Shown here: piece after piece, positions 1-10,418 of the stretch
How the letters are laid out: every line of letters starts with the position of its first letter
Numbering within the stretch: the first letter of the stretch is position 1
From: Negativicutes bacterium
GTDB taxonomy: Bacteria > Bacillota > Negativicutes > UBA1444
Assembly: GCA_963665275.2 (NCBI GenBank)
Contig: CAXXIN010000013.1
Coordinates: 1-64,000, forward strand
Length of the DNA: 64,000 nucleotides
Direction of reading: 5' to 3'
Notes under the pieces: model-generated
The model's database searches: none
What the model saw: only the letters and a program-made list of their open reading frames with translations
What the model was told of the DNA's origin: nothing
Program-made: the position numbers and the translations under genes

Positions 1-8
1 TTCTGCTT

Positions 9-1268
9 GTGTTCGGAGCCCTCTATTTACTGCAACATGGCCCGCAGGTGTTTTTGAACAACTGGAATGCTCCCCACGAAGATTCTATTGCGATTGCACT
101 GTTCTTTGGCTTTTCAGCCGCAATGCTGGGAATTTCCGGGTTTGAAAGCTCGGCCAACTTTGTCGAGGAACAGGTGGAGGGTGTATTCGCGAAAACATTA
201 AAAAACATGTGGATAGCCGTCACTGTATTCAATCCGTTGATCGCCGTTTTGGCGCTCGGATTGATGCCGATTGCCCAAATCAGCTCCAACAAGGAGACTC
301 TTCTGTCTCACGTGGGTGACATTGCCGCTGGAAACTGGCTGGGTTTCGCTATCGCCGTGGACGCGACGCTGGTGTTGAGCGGGGCGGTGCTCACCTCTTT
401 CGTGGGAGTTGCCGGTCTTATTCACCGTATGGTTTTGGATAGATGTCTACCGCAGTTTTTGTTGAAAACTAATTCGCGCGGCGCTCATTACCGGAGCATT
501 ATCCTCTTTTTCATTCTCAATGTTTCCGTATTGTTGGCCACCCAGGGCCATCTTACCGCGCTGGCTGGAGTCTATACTTTGTCATTCCTGGCGGTGATGG
601 TGCTGTTTGGCCTGGGAAACCTTCTGTTGAAAATACGTCGGAGCGGCATAAGACGTCCGGTGTCCGCTTCGTGGTTTGGTGTTATTTTCGGCATTGTGGC
701 CATCTCTTTGGGCTTGGTGGGAAATATCATTATGAACCCGGTATATGTGGGATTGTTTCTAGAGTATTTCATTCCCGCAGGAATCATCGTCCTGGTGATG
801 CTTCATCGCATTGCAATTTTGAGCGCCTGCCTGTATGTTCTCCGTTCAATCAGTGAAAGGCTTACTTCCCTGACAGAGACGATCACTTGCTCCATCCAGA
901 ATCAAATTGCCTCTATCAATTCTCAACAGATTGTATTCTTTACTCGTGCGGGTGATTTGGCCAACCTCAACCTGGCGATGCTTTACGTGCGACAAAACGA
1001 ACATACCAATCGCATGAAAATTGTTACGGTGGTCGAGGACCCCTCAAAAGTTTCACCGGATCTTGCTGCGGATATTAGATTTTTGGATCGCGCTTATCCT
1101 GAGATTGATATCGAGTTCGTTGTTCATCAAGGAACTTTTGGGCCGGATACGATTCAGGAACTATCAGCGAAATGGTCAATCCCGCCGAATTTCATGTTCA
1201 TCGGCTCTCCGCAAAACGATTTCAAATATAGTCTGGCCGACCTTGGCGGTGTCCGCTTGATTATTTAG
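9..1268 (+). CDS. APC-family amino acid permease with C-terminal cytoplasmic domain (5' truncated by window edge)
   Basis: Many hydrophobic helices; GISGFESSANFVEE motif typical of APC permeases; soluble C-terminal domain. Confidence 0.85.
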   Translation: MFGALYLLQHGPQVFLNNWNAPHEDSIAIALFFGFSAAMLGISGFESSANFVEEQVEGVFAKTLKNMWIAVTVFNPLIAVLALGLMPIAQISSNKETLLSHVGDIAAGNWLGFAIAVDATLVLSGAVLTSFVGVAGLIHRMVLDRCLPQFLLKTNSRGAHYRSIILFFILNVSVLLATQGHLTALAGVYTLSFLAVMVLFGLGNLLLKIRRSGIRRPVSASWFGVIFGIVAISLGLVGNIIMNPVYVGLFLEYFIPAGIIVLVMLHRIAILSACLYVLRSISERLTSLTETITCSIQNQIASINSQQIVFFTRAGDLANLNLAMLYVRQNEHTNRMKIVTVVEDPSKVSPDLAADIRFLDRAYPEIDIEFVVHQGTFGPDTIQELSAKWSIPPNFMFIGSPQNDFKYSLADLGGVRLII

Positions 1269-1282
1269 CCGATAAGACTTCC

Positions 1283-2068
1283 CTACACCCCTTTGAACAC
1301 TGGGGGACGCTTTTCCAAGAAAGCGGTGATTGCTTCTTCATAGTCATGGCTATCGTACACTTTGCGCCGAAGACCTTGAATGCGTTCAAAATCGGACGGG
1401 CTGATCGGAAAAGCTTTGGATAAAATGCAAAACTGTTCTTTGATTACCTCGATCGATAACAACGAACGCGTGGTGATCGTGGAAGCCATTTTTAAAGTAA
1501 AATCGAGCAGTTGGTCTTCAGACACCAAATGATTCATGAGGCCTATCTGTAAGGCTCGTGCAGCCGGCACCGGTTCTGCGGTAAAAAACATCTCCTTGGC
1601 GATGTTTATTGGCAGACGGTTCATAAAATGCAGGATGCCTGTAGTATTGTAGGGAACGCCCAATTTGGCGGGCGTCATCGCAAATTGAGCGGTCTCATCG
1701 CCAATGACCATGTCGCAAGTCATGATCAAGTCGCACGCACCACCCCAAACAGTGCCATGTACCATGGCGATTACCGGCCAGGGATAATGTTCAACTGACC
1801 GCAACAACCTTGCCAGAGATTCATTATAACTTAACGGATCCCGCATTTTCCGCGGCAATTCCTGAACATCATGTCCAGCCGACCAAACTTTAACGCCCTC
1901 AGGCGCCCGCAATATTACAACCGGGATCTTTTCCGTTTGAAACCTGTCGAGTGCCCCGGTAATGTCGTCGACGAGCTCTTCACTGAGTGCGTTCAGCTTC
2001 TTGGGATTGTTCAACGTGATAATCCCGATTTTCTTGCGAATTTCAGTTTGTACCAGTGACATATTCAA
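1283..2068 (-). CDS. scpB: Methylmalonyl-CoA decarboxylase, biotin-independent crotonase family
   Basis: KVWSAGHDVQELP, VWGGACDL, MTPAKLGVPYN and FERIQGLRRKVYDSHDY match E. coli-type ScpB. Confidence 0.85.
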   Translation of the reverse strand: MNMSLVQTEIRKKIGIITLNNPKKLNALSEELVDDITGALDRFQTEKIPVVILRAPEGVKVWSAGHDVQELPRKMRDPLSYNESLARLLRSVEHYPWPVIAMVHGTVWGGACDLIMTCDMVIGDETAQFAMTPAKLGVPYNTTGILHFMNRLPINIAKEMFFTAEPVPAARALQIGLMNHLVSEDQLLDFTLKMASTITTRSLLSIEVIKEQFCILSKAFPISPSDFERIQGLRRKVYDSHDYEEAITAFLEKRPPVFKGV

Positions 2069-4125
2069 GACACCTCCACCACATTTAGGGACGCTTTTTG
2101 CGTCTCATTTTTTTCGGTCACTTTTTTCAGCACCATCGCCGTACGGCTCGGTGAATAAATCACAATTCCCGCGAAGTCAGGAAACTTGGAAACAGCACCG
2201 GATTCGAAGATTGTCTTGTGGCAGATACGGTTTTGTCCGCCATACTTTCCTTCGTCAGTGTCGAGTGCAACCCGGAAAGTGGCTGTTTCATGGATTGGAA
2301 GTTCAAACCCGGCGTAGGAATTCGCGGGATGGAAATTAAAGATGAATATGCAGTTCTTCTTTTTGTAAGCCACAAGCTTCTTCTCTTGATCGAGCCAAAG
2401 CAACTGCGGCACTCCGCCTCCCATGAGGCCTTCTTCTGACATGAACTGGATCATGTCGTGGTCAAAATTATTCAAATCTGTATAACGCAACAACGGATTG
2501 TCACGCAGGCTCCATTGCCTACGGCAGTGCTGGAAGCTCCATCCGTTGCCCTCACGGGGAAAATCGATCCACTCCGGATGTCCGAACTCGTTGCCCATGA
2601 AATTCAGATAGCCCTCACTGCCGAGCGAAATGGTGATCAATCGAATCATCTTGTGGAGTGCAACCGCCCGGTCTATGAGAATATTTTCGCTTGTTTTGTC
2701 CATTTGCCAATACATTTCTTTGTCGGCCATTCGGAAAATAAGCGTCTTGTCCCCTACCAGCGCCTGATCATGAGATTCCGCGTAGCCTATGCGTTTTTCA
2801 CCGGGACGGCCTGTGGACAGTTCGTGCCAAAGCTTGTGCAAGTCCCAGTCCTCGTCCTTGATCTGCAGGGTCTTGACCCAAAAATCCGGCATCCCCATGG
2901 CCAGGCGGTAATCGAATCCGATTCCACCATCCGCCACTGGAATGCACATGCCCGGCATGCCGCTCATATCCTCCGCGATGGAAATCGAATCAGGCCTAAT
3001 CTCCTTGATCAGTTCATTGGCAAGCTGAAGATAGTTCAGGGCTTCAATATCCGTATTCATGCTAAAGTATTTTCCATAATCATCGAAAGACGTTCCCAGG
3101 CCATGATCGTTATAAATCATGGAGGTGACACCATCGAAGCGGAATCCGTCGAAGTGATATTCCTCCATCCAGAATTTGATGTTGGACAACAGAAAATGAA
3201 TGACTTCATGTTTTCCGTAGTTAAACAATTTCGAGTCCCAAGCGCTGTGTTCGCCGCGTTTGCCAGCATGAAAGAACTGATGTGTGGTTCCGTCGAACTT
3301 ATTGATGCCTTCTGCAATATTTTTCACTGCATGGGACTGTACAATATCCATCAGAACCGCGATACCCATACCATGCGCCGTATCAATCAAAGACTTGAGT
3401 TCCTCGGGCGTTCCGAACCAGGAAGATGCGGCGAAATAGTTGGAAACATGGTAACCGAAGGACGCATAATACGGATGTTCCATAATGGCCATGATCTGAA
3501 CGGTGTTATAGCCGAGCGATTTCACCATAGGCAAAATATAGGCCTCGAACTCCTTGTAGGTCCCGATAGCTTCCTTTTCCTGCGCCATGCCGATATGGGT
3601 CTCGTAAATGAAAGGCGACTTGGTATTGTCGACGCGAAACTTCTTGTTCTTCCACTTGTACGCTGCTTGTGGCGCCCAGATTTGGCCGCTGAAATCATGG
3701 GTTGCCTGATCTTGGATAACCCGCCTGATGTATAAGGGAATACGATCGCGTTCGATTCCCCGCGCCCTGACCCGGACTTTGACTCTGGACGCGTGAACGA
3801 GCGCCTCTTTGCCTGGCAAATAGATTTCCCATACTCCGCCTTCTTTCCGTGTAAGCGGATGCGAATAGCGGTCCCAGCCATTAAAATCTCCGAGCAGAAA
3901 CAGCGCTTCGGCCGCAGGAGCCCACTCGCGGTAAAACCAACCATCTGATACCGGATGAAAGCCAAAAAAATTATGGCCGTTGGCAAATTCCTTCAAACTG
4001 CCGCCTTCGCCCAAAATTGATTTTTTCACATCCCGGTATCGGCGCATTCGCAGCTTCAGGTCTTTCTCGTAGGACCGCAGCCAAGGGTCTATGCTCAAGA
4101 TTTTTAAAGCAGCTTTTTCCATCAT
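2065..4125 (-). CDS. glgB: 1,4-alpha-glucan branching enzyme (GH13, eukaryote/Bacteroidetes-like subtype)
   Basis: FDGFRFDGVTSM, IAEDMSGMP, YAESHDQALVGDKT and YLNFMGNEFGHPEWIDFPR motifs; GGAGG RBS before ATG 4125/4122. Confidence 0.93.
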   Translation of the reverse strand: MMEKAALKILSIDPWLRSYEKDLKLRMRRYRDVKKSILGEGGSLKEFANGHNFFGFHPVSDGWFYREWAPAAEALFLLGDFNGWDRYSHPLTRKEGGVWEIYLPGKEALVHASRVKVRVRARGIERDRIPLYIRRVIQDQATHDFSGQIWAPQAAYKWKNKKFRVDNTKSPFIYETHIGMAQEKEAIGTYKEFEAYILPMVKSLGYNTVQIMAIMEHPYYASFGYHVSNYFAASSWFGTPEELKSLIDTAHGMGIAVLMDIVQSHAVKNIAEGINKFDGTTHQFFHAGKRGEHSAWDSKLFNYGKHEVIHFLLSNIKFWMEEYHFDGFRFDGVTSMIYNDHGLGTSFDDYGKYFSMNTDIEALNYLQLANELIKEIRPDSISIAEDMSGMPGMCIPVADGGIGFDYRLAMGMPDFWVKTLQIKDEDWDLHKLWHELSTGRPGEKRIGYAESHDQALVGDKTLIFRMADKEMYWQMDKTSENILIDRAVALHKMIRLITISLGSEGYLNFMGNEFGHPEWIDFPREGNGWSFQHCRRQWSLRDNPLLRYTDLNNFDHDMIQFMSEEGLMGGGVPQLLWLDQEKKLVAYKKKNCIFIFNFHPANSYAGFELPIHETATFRVALDTDEGKYGGQNRICHKTIFESGAVSKFPDFAGIVIYSPSRTAMVLKKVTEKNETQKASLNVVEVS

Positions 4126-4402
4126 GCAGCCTCCGTAGCCTTTGTTTGAGCTCGATTTCAATGAATAATAGTATTAAACACGGAAGTTGCTTTCCCCTCC
4201 ATTTATTATACGTCGAAACTCAATAACCTTTTGAACTCAATTGCGGAAGCACTAATTCGGCCAACAAGAACGAAACAACATCCATAAAAGTATTTGTTTT
4301 AGACCGTGGCAATCTCAGGCCGTAATGAAGTATACTAATCATAGAATTTTTGACGATACTTTCATGGATGATGTTAATTTTGAAAGAATGGTGAGGAATA
4401 AA

Positions 4403-5758
4403 ATGAGTATCAAATCGCTTACCCCGCTGGAAGGTCGGTATGGAGCCATTACCCAGCCTTTGGGCGACTATTTTTCGGAATGGGCGTTAATAAAATATCG
4501 GATTCATGTAGAAGTCGAGTGGCTCATCGCCATGGCAACCAATCCTGCTTTTGCTGAAATCCGCCAGTTCACTCCGGAAGAAACGACTTTTCTGCGCGAC
4601 CTTGTCAAGAATTTTGATGAGACGGCCGCTCTACGGATTAAAGAAATTGAACGCACTACCAACCACGATGTAAAGGCGGTCGAATATTTTCTCCGTGATA
4701 CCCTTGGAGCCATGTCACTGGCTGATGTACTGGAATTTATCCATTTCTCCTGCACTTCAGAAGATATCAACAATCTCTCCTATGCTCTGATGCTGAAGCA
4801 CGGCATTGAAGAGGTCTGGTTGCCGGCAGCGGAAGCTCTGGTGCAGACTGTTGCATCTATGGCGAAAGAAGAAAAAGCGATCCCCATGCTCGCCCACACC
4901 CACGGACAAGCCGCCTCGCCTACAACAGTCGGCAAGGAACTGGCTGTGTTTGTCTATCGCTGGAACCGCCAGCTGAAGCAAATCCGCTCCCAGGAATATC
5001 TGGGCAAATTCAACGGCGCTGTCGGCAACTTCAATGCACACAGCATCGCCTATCCGGAAGTGGACTGGGAAGCGGTTGGTAGTTCCTTTGTCGAAGGCTT
5101 GGGGTTGACCTACAACCCGCTGACAACCCAGATCGAATCCCACGACTATGTGGCCGAATCGTTCCATGCCTTGACACGATTCAACAATATTCTGCTCGAT
5201 TTCGACCGCGACATGTGGCTTTATATTTCCTATGGTTTCTTCAAACAAAAAACGATTGCCGGCGAAGTCGGCTCGTCTACCATGCCGCATAAAGTGAACC
5301 CCATCGACTTTGAAAACTCGGAAGCCAACGTGGGTCTCAGCAACGCGGTGCTCGACCACCTGGCCAATAAACTACCGATCTCCCGTCTGCAACGTGATCT
5401 CAGCGACTCTTCGGCGCTGCGCAATATTGGCACAGGCATCGCCCATTCCCTGATTGCGCTTACCTATACTTCAAAAGGCCTGAAAAAAACAGTAGTAAAT
5501 CAGGAAGTTCTTGCCGCACAGCTGAACCATGCTTGGGAAGTTCTGTCCGAAGCAGTACAAACCGTGATGCGCAAACACGGTCATGCCAATTCCTATGATA
5601 AACTGAAAGCCATTACCCGCGGCAAAGGCATCAGCGAGGAGGACATCAGGGCCTTTATCGAAAGTGTGGACTTGCCGGAAGCAGACAAAAAACGTCTGCT
5701 GGCCTTGACCCCCGCAAAGTATGTCGGGGTAGCCGAATCCTTGGTAAAACATATATAG
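4403..5758 (+). CDS. purB: Adenylosuccinate lyase (E. coli-type)
   Basis: TNHDVKAVEY, TSEDINN, SSTMPHKVNPIDFENSE and SRLQRDLSDS signatures; start moved to ATG 4403. Confidence 0.95.
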   Translation: MSIKSLTPLEGRYGAITQPLGDYFSEWALIKYRIHVEVEWLIAMATNPAFAEIRQFTPEETTFLRDLVKNFDETAALRIKEIERTTNHDVKAVEYFLRDTLGAMSLADVLEFIHFSCTSEDINNLSYALMLKHGIEEVWLPAAEALVQTVASMAKEEKAIPMLAHTHGQAASPTTVGKELAVFVYRWNRQLKQIRSQEYLGKFNGAVGNFNAHSIAYPEVDWEAVGSSFVEGLGLTYNPLTTQIESHDYVAESFHALTRFNNILLDFDRDMWLYISYGFFKQKTIAGEVGSSTMPHKVNPIDFENSEANVGLSNAVLDHLANKLPISRLQRDLSDSSALRNIGTGIAHSLIALTYTSKGLKKTVVNQEVLAAQLNHAWEVLSEAVQTVMRKHGHANSYDKLKAITRGKGISEEDIRAFIESVDLPEADKKRLLALTPAKYVGVAESLVKHI

Positions 5759-5836
5759 TAAAGCAAAACCTGCAAAAACCGATCTCGACTGGCACCGTTT
5801 TTTGCGGTGTCAGTTTTGTTTAAAAGGATGATTTTG

Positions 5837-6634
5837 ATGAACAGAGCCATATTTTTTGATATCGACGGGACTTTACTCGACGGCAGCCAAGGCCTCTACA
5901 AAATGAGCGCCAATACACGAAGCCAGATCCGGCGGCTTCAACAAGGCGGCGACTTTGTCTTTCTCGCTTCAGGACGACCCTTTGCCTTCTTGTACGAAGA
6001 TCTTTTGAGCTTTGGTTTTGACGGCTTCATTCTGATGAACGGCGCATGCATTACGCTTCATGATGAAGTGATCTACAAACAACCCCTGCCCCAAAAATAT
6101 GTTGATGCTGTTTGCCACACTTGTGAAGAAAACAAGATCGAATACATCCTGCTGGGGGAGCGGCACGTCTACCTCGATAAAAGATTTCATCACTTGGATG
6201 ACTTCTTCACGTCGTTCCGTATGCCTCGATCTAACTTTTGCGATACTTTTTCGTTAAATGAAATCACCGGTGAGACATTCAAAATGGAATTTTCGCCGCA
6301 GGATAAGCGTCAAAGCGCAATTTGCAGAGGATTCGTAACGCCTGGCATCGACTATTTGGAAGATCCGCGATTGAATTTTCATTTCGAGCTTTATGCCAAG
6401 CAAATTTCCAAAGCGACCGGCATCTTGAAGATCCTGGATTATCTGAAGATAGATCGACAAAACAGCTATGCGTTCGGCGACGGCAAAAACGACATCGAAA
6501 TGCTGGGCGCAGTCGGTCACAGTTTCGCCATGGGAAACGCCGCCGCAGAAGTCCAGGCGTTCGCTTCGCACGTCGTCGCTTCCGTAACGGATGACGGCGT
6601 CGCCAAGGGAATCGCGCAATATATCCTCGCATAA
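5837..6634 (+). CDS. Cof-type HAD-IIB hydrolase
   Basis: FFDIDGTL motif I, SGR, SKATG, FGDGKNDIEML. Confidence 0.92.
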   Translation: MNRAIFFDIDGTLLDGSQGLYKMSANTRSQIRRLQQGGDFVFLASGRPFAFLYEDLLSFGFDGFILMNGACITLHDEVIYKQPLPQKYVDAVCHTCEENKIEYILLGERHVYLDKRFHHLDDFFTSFRMPRSNFCDTFSLNEITGETFKMEFSPQDKRQSAICRGFVTPGIDYLEDPRLNFHFELYAKQISKATGILKILDYLKIDRQNSYAFGDGKNDIEMLGAVGHSFAMGNAAAEVQAFASHVVASVTDDGVAKGIAQYILA

Positions 6635-6651
6635 GGGCATTTTTACTCGAT

Positions 6652-6666
6652 GCAACCAACGGTTGC
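6652..6666. promoter_or_regulatory. Palindromic operator upstream of XRE regulator
   Basis: GCAACC-AAC-GGTTGC inverted repeat, plus a further GCAACC half-site at about 6693. Confidence 0.5.
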
Positions 6667-6774
6667 GGCGAACGGAAAGCAAAGTGTATAGTGCAACCGG
6701 CCTTTTTTTTCTATACTATGACCAGAATAGGACTTGCAAAATTCGTACTCTGGAAAAAAAGGAGCACTGCTGTA

Positions 6775-7512
6775 ATGAATATTGAAATTGCCAATCGATT
6801 AGTTAATTTAAGAAAGACTAATGGTTTTTCCCAGGAAGTCTTGGCCGAGAAGCTCGGGATTAGTCGCCAGGCAGTCAGCAAATGGGAACGGGCCGAGGCG
6901 TCTCCCGACACAGACAATTTAATATTACTCGCAAAGCTTTACAAAATATCCCTCGATGAATTGCTGTCAAGCGCAGAAGAGCCTACCACGACCGAGCCGC
7001 CAAACGAACCCGAAGACCTTCACAAATTAAACGGGATTCATTTAAAAAGCAAGGACAGTGAGGTATATATCGGCCGGAACGGTATCTACGCCGCTGATTA
7101 TGCCAAGCAAGAGAAGGTACATATCAAAGACACCGCCCATGTCAACATCAACGGGCAAGACTATACCTTTGCGGAAGCCCATAAAAAATGGGGGCACAAA
7201 CACCGCCATGCTGCCCAGGGTCCTATCGCCATGATTATCATTCTGGTTTATGTCGCTATTGGCGTCATCTATAATATCTGGCACCCCACGTGGCTGTTGT
7301 TCCTGCTTATTCCCATAAGCGGCGGCATTACTTCAGCGATTCAGCAGAAAGATTGGAAACCGTTTCCGTATCCCACTTTAATTGCTACAATATTTCTCAC
7401 TCTAGGCTTTCTGTATAATGTCTGGCACCCGGCCTGGGTTTTGTTTTTAACGATCCCCTTGTATTATTCCCTCGTCCATTATTTCCGGCAAAAAAGCACG
7501 CCAAAGAGTTAA
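6775..7512 (+). CDS. XRE-family HTH regulator with C-terminal membrane domain
   Basis: SQEVLAEKLGISRQAVSKWE HTH; C-terminal WHPxW-containing TM repeats; AAGGAG RBS. Confidence 0.88.
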   Translation: MNIEIANRLVNLRKTNGFSQEVLAEKLGISRQAVSKWERAEASPDTDNLILLAKLYKISLDELLSSAEEPTTTEPPNEPEDLHKLNGIHLKSKDSEVYIGRNGIYAADYAKQEKVHIKDTAHVNINGQDYTFAEAHKKWGHKHRHAAQGPIAMIIILVYVAIGVIYNIWHPTWLLFLLIPISGGITSAIQQKDWKPFPYPTLIATIFLTLGFLYNVWHPAWVLFLTIPLYYSLVHYFRQKSTPKS

Positions 7513-7544
7513 AGTCATTTCCGATATATAACAAGGAGGTCCAA

Positions 7545-8195
7545 ATGAAGGGACGATATCTTCTTACGGGGGTGCTTGCGCTCATGCTAACCATTGGTTG
7601 GTGTGGAAGCAGTTATGCAAAGCCAATCACCGAACCATCTGTATCCACGGTTAAGAATCTCATACGAGTACCGCTGGCAAGACAAAATGCAAATTACACA
7701 TGCGGCGTGGCTGCCCTGCAATCCATACTGGGCTATTACAACTTCGACAAGAGACTGGACGTACTATCCGCCGAAGTAAAACCTGACCAGGAGAATGGTA
7801 CCAATTATTTAAATATTGCCAGCTTCGCAAAATCGTTGGGAGTTGACGTCAACATCCGAACCAATATGACGTTGGATGAGCTCAAAAAGTACATTGATCA
7901 AAAAAAGCCGATATTATTAGCGATTCAGGCTTGGGCCGATTCCAAATCCAGTTATTCGTCCAACCAAAATGATGATGGTCATTACGTTGTCGCTATTGGC
8001 TACGACGACAAGAATTTTTACTTTATGGATCCTTCAACATTGGGGCATTACACATACATTCCTGCGGAGGAATTTGCATCACGTTGGCATGACTATGATT
8101 CTTACAGCAACCAGACCTTACTTCGGTTTGGCATGATTTTGACCAAACCGCTTGCCACTCCATACAATCCTGACGCAATTACACCCCTCGAGTGA
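7545..8195 (+). CDS. Secreted C39-like (papain fold) peptidase
   Basis: Signal peptide; QNANYTCG, GHYVVAIG and MDPS give a Cys-His-Asp triad. Confidence 0.85.
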   Translation: MKGRYLLTGVLALMLTIGWCGSSYAKPITEPSVSTVKNLIRVPLARQNANYTCGVAALQSILGYYNFDKRLDVLSAEVKPDQENGTNYLNIASFAKSLGVDVNIRTNMTLDELKKYIDQKKPILLAIQAWADSKSSYSSNQNDDGHYVVAIGYDDKNFYFMDPSTLGHYTYIPAEEFASRWHDYDSYSNQTLLRFGMILTKPLATPYNPDAITPLE

Positions 8196-8209
8196 TCCCG
8201 ATAAGGCCA

Positions 8210-8262
8210 ACAGAGAAGTCCATGCTGGATCAGCTCCTGCATGGACTTCTCTGTAAAAAAAA
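8210..8262. terminator. Intrinsic terminator between convergent genes
   Basis: ACAGAGAAGTCCATGC...GCATGGACTTCTCTGT hairpin followed by an A-run. Confidence 0.7.
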
Positions 8263-8297
8263 CGTCAACGGACTCAGTCCGTGCCTCGCTCACAGGC

Positions 8298-8504
8298 TCA
8301 GTCTATCCCGTTAATCAATATTATACCGGCAAATATCACCAGCCCAAATAGAATGCTCACTGTACCCGCAAATAATACTATCAGCCTGTTTTTCTTTTTG
8401 ATCCCATAACCAATTCCTGCTACTCCAGCTATAAAATATAGTATGCAAAAGTCCAGCCGCGTGAGAAAACCAAAATCTATCAAACTCTGCTCAATCTGTC
8501 GCAT
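8298..8504 (-). CDS. Small two-TM membrane protein
   Basis: 68 aa, two hydrophobic segments, GGAG RBS. Confidence 0.55.
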   Translation of the reverse strand: MRQIEQSLIDFGFLTRLDFCILYFIAGVAGIGYGIKKKNRLIVLFAGTVSILFGLVIFAGIILINGID

Positions 8505-8622
8505 TGCTTCGTCTCCATTTCATAAGAAGTTCCATTTATTGTTCTTCATTCCAATAAAGCACTTTCAGCAACCGACGGTCCGAGTCCTTACCCTTTGGGA
8601 TCAAACTTCGTGCATAATGGCA

Positions 8623-10380
8623 TTAATGCTCGAAATTCAGGTGCAGATTACAACGTCCGTTCTTATTCGAAAAATCAACCTTGTCGGCATAACGCACCAC
8701 CAGATAGCCAGACAACCTGGCAAAAGCATCTTCATCATTCAACATTTCTTCTGCGGTCGGCCGAGTAGTAGATAATACAGGCAAGACCCCTTCGTATTCA
8801 ATATCTACATTTAAATTAAACTCTTCAAAACTAGCGTCGATATTTATATTCCCCTGTACCAGCTGAAATTCTGTCAGGGTCTCGATGCATTGCGCCACTG
8901 CCGACGTAGTTCTTGACACAACATCAGCGCGCGCCCCCCATAAGCCGCCGCATTCACGAAAAAACACAAACACCGCTTCCATCGCATCAGTTTCCGGTTC
9001 AATAACCAGTTTCTGATGCGTTGCTATGCCTATACGGAACAGCAAATGCAGTGAAATCGCCATAATGGTACCCAATGCCAGCGCATTTTTCGTCAACGGC
9101 TGCAGCCACAGGGGAAATGAATCGCCGAATCCGGGTACAATCACAACGCCAAAACCAAAAGTCAGCGATATGCCAAGGACAAACATGCGTCGCGCATTCA
9201 GCATGCGTGAGGAACAGATTTGCATGGCCGTTGGTACGACAAACGCAATTTCAACCATCAAAATTACACCGATGACCGGCTGTGGCATGATGGCAAACAA
9301 AGCGGCTATTTTGGGCAAAAAAGCGAATACAACAAAAGAAAGTCCGGTTCCAAAAGCAATTTTTCGGCTGGTAGCCCCCGTTGCAACCGATAATCCAACA
9401 CTACCCGAGCTAGTGGTTTGGGCCATCGTGCCCAGCAATCCACCCAGCATCGTCCCGAGGCCTTCGGCAAAAAGCCCATCTCCGACAGATTTCACATCCA
9501 GACGTTTCCATCCGTCGTCATTGACTTTCTGGCAAGTCGTCAAATTGCCGATGGTTTTGATGCTGGAACAAAAAGCGGCAACAATGAACGGCAATACAAG
9601 CGAAGAATCAAAGGCAATCCCTACATGGTCCAAACTGGGCAAAGCAACCCAGGGCGCATTGAGGAACTTTTCCACCTTGTCGGCAGGCAGCAGGCCGAAC
9701 ACGTAAGACCCCACATAACCGAAAACGATTCCGGCAATGATCGAATACTCCCGCATTCGTTTGCTGCCCCAAATATGCATGCCGATGATCAGCCCGAGTG
9801 CGGAGACTGACAACAGCGAAACCGACAGACTCCCATTTCCCTGCGCATCAAGGCCGATGAAGTTGGGCAAGGCATAGGTAATAAAGGTGATCGACATCAG
9901 AGTGACAATCAGCCCTGTAATCTCCACCGGAAATAAAATCCTCAGCCGATGAATGATTCGACTGAGAAAAGACTGGAAAACGCCTGCAAATAATGTCATC
10001 CCGCACATCAGGGGGAATCCGCCCGCCTGAACCGCCATAATGGATGCCGGAAAGTACGGCGTCCCGGTTTCATGCGCGCAAAAATATCCCGACCCGACTG
10101 AGCCCCTTCGCCAAGCTTGCAAAATCGTTCCAACGCCCATGGATATCATCATCATACTGACCACAGTCTGAGCCATTTCGACCGTTCCGCCAACGGCAGC
10201 CACGATCAATACCGGGAAAATCAAATCCACCGAAAGCATGATCACCTGCTGCGCAACCAGCGGAATTAGCGAAGGTGCGGGAATGGAATCGGACACCCCA
10301 TAGATCAGATTGGCCGGCCTGATGGATTTTGACTTAACCTGATCCTCGGATTCGGCCACGTGAGGCGGGTTTCGGTTCAA
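8623..10380 (-). CDS. NCS2 (xanthine/uracil) permease with extra C-terminal HATPase-like domain
   Basis: NCS2 helices (LFPVEITG, AEGLGTMLGGLLG, TGATSRK, MPQPVIG) plus about 130 aa soluble alpha/beta tail. Confidence 0.85.
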   Translation of the reverse strand: MNRNPPHVAESEDQVKSKSIRPANLIYGVSDSIPAPSLIPLVAQQVIMLSVDLIFPVLIVAAVGGTVEMAQTVVSMMMISMGVGTILQAWRRGSVGSGYFCAHETGTPYFPASIMAVQAGGFPLMCGMTLFAGVFQSFLSRIIHRLRILFPVEITGLIVTLMSITFITYALPNFIGLDAQGNGSLSVSLLSVSALGLIIGMHIWGSKRMREYSIIAGIVFGYVGSYVFGLLPADKVEKFLNAPWVALPSLDHVGIAFDSSLVLPFIVAAFCSSIKTIGNLTTCQKVNDDGWKRLDVKSVGDGLFAEGLGTMLGGLLGTMAQTTSSGSVGLSVATGATSRKIAFGTGLSFVVFAFLPKIAALFAIMPQPVIGVILMVEIAFVVPTAMQICSSRMLNARRMFVLGISLTFGFGVVIVPGFGDSFPLWLQPLTKNALALGTIMAISLHLLFRIGIATHQKLVIEPETDAMEAVFVFFRECGGLWGARADVVSRTTSAVAQCIETLTEFQLVQGNINIDASFEEFNLNVDIEYEGVLPVLSTTRPTAEEMLNDEDAFARLSGYLVVRYADKVDFSNKNGRCNLHLNFEH

Positions 10381-10418
10381 AATTCATTCCTCCATACAGT
10401 GTAAAAAATTAGCATGAT

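Noticed and set aside
2458-3735. Long antisense ORFs (also 29345-30526, 51546-53186, 41164-42078, 50377-51291)
   Set aside because: Shadows of well-supported genes on the opposite strand in GC-rich DNA
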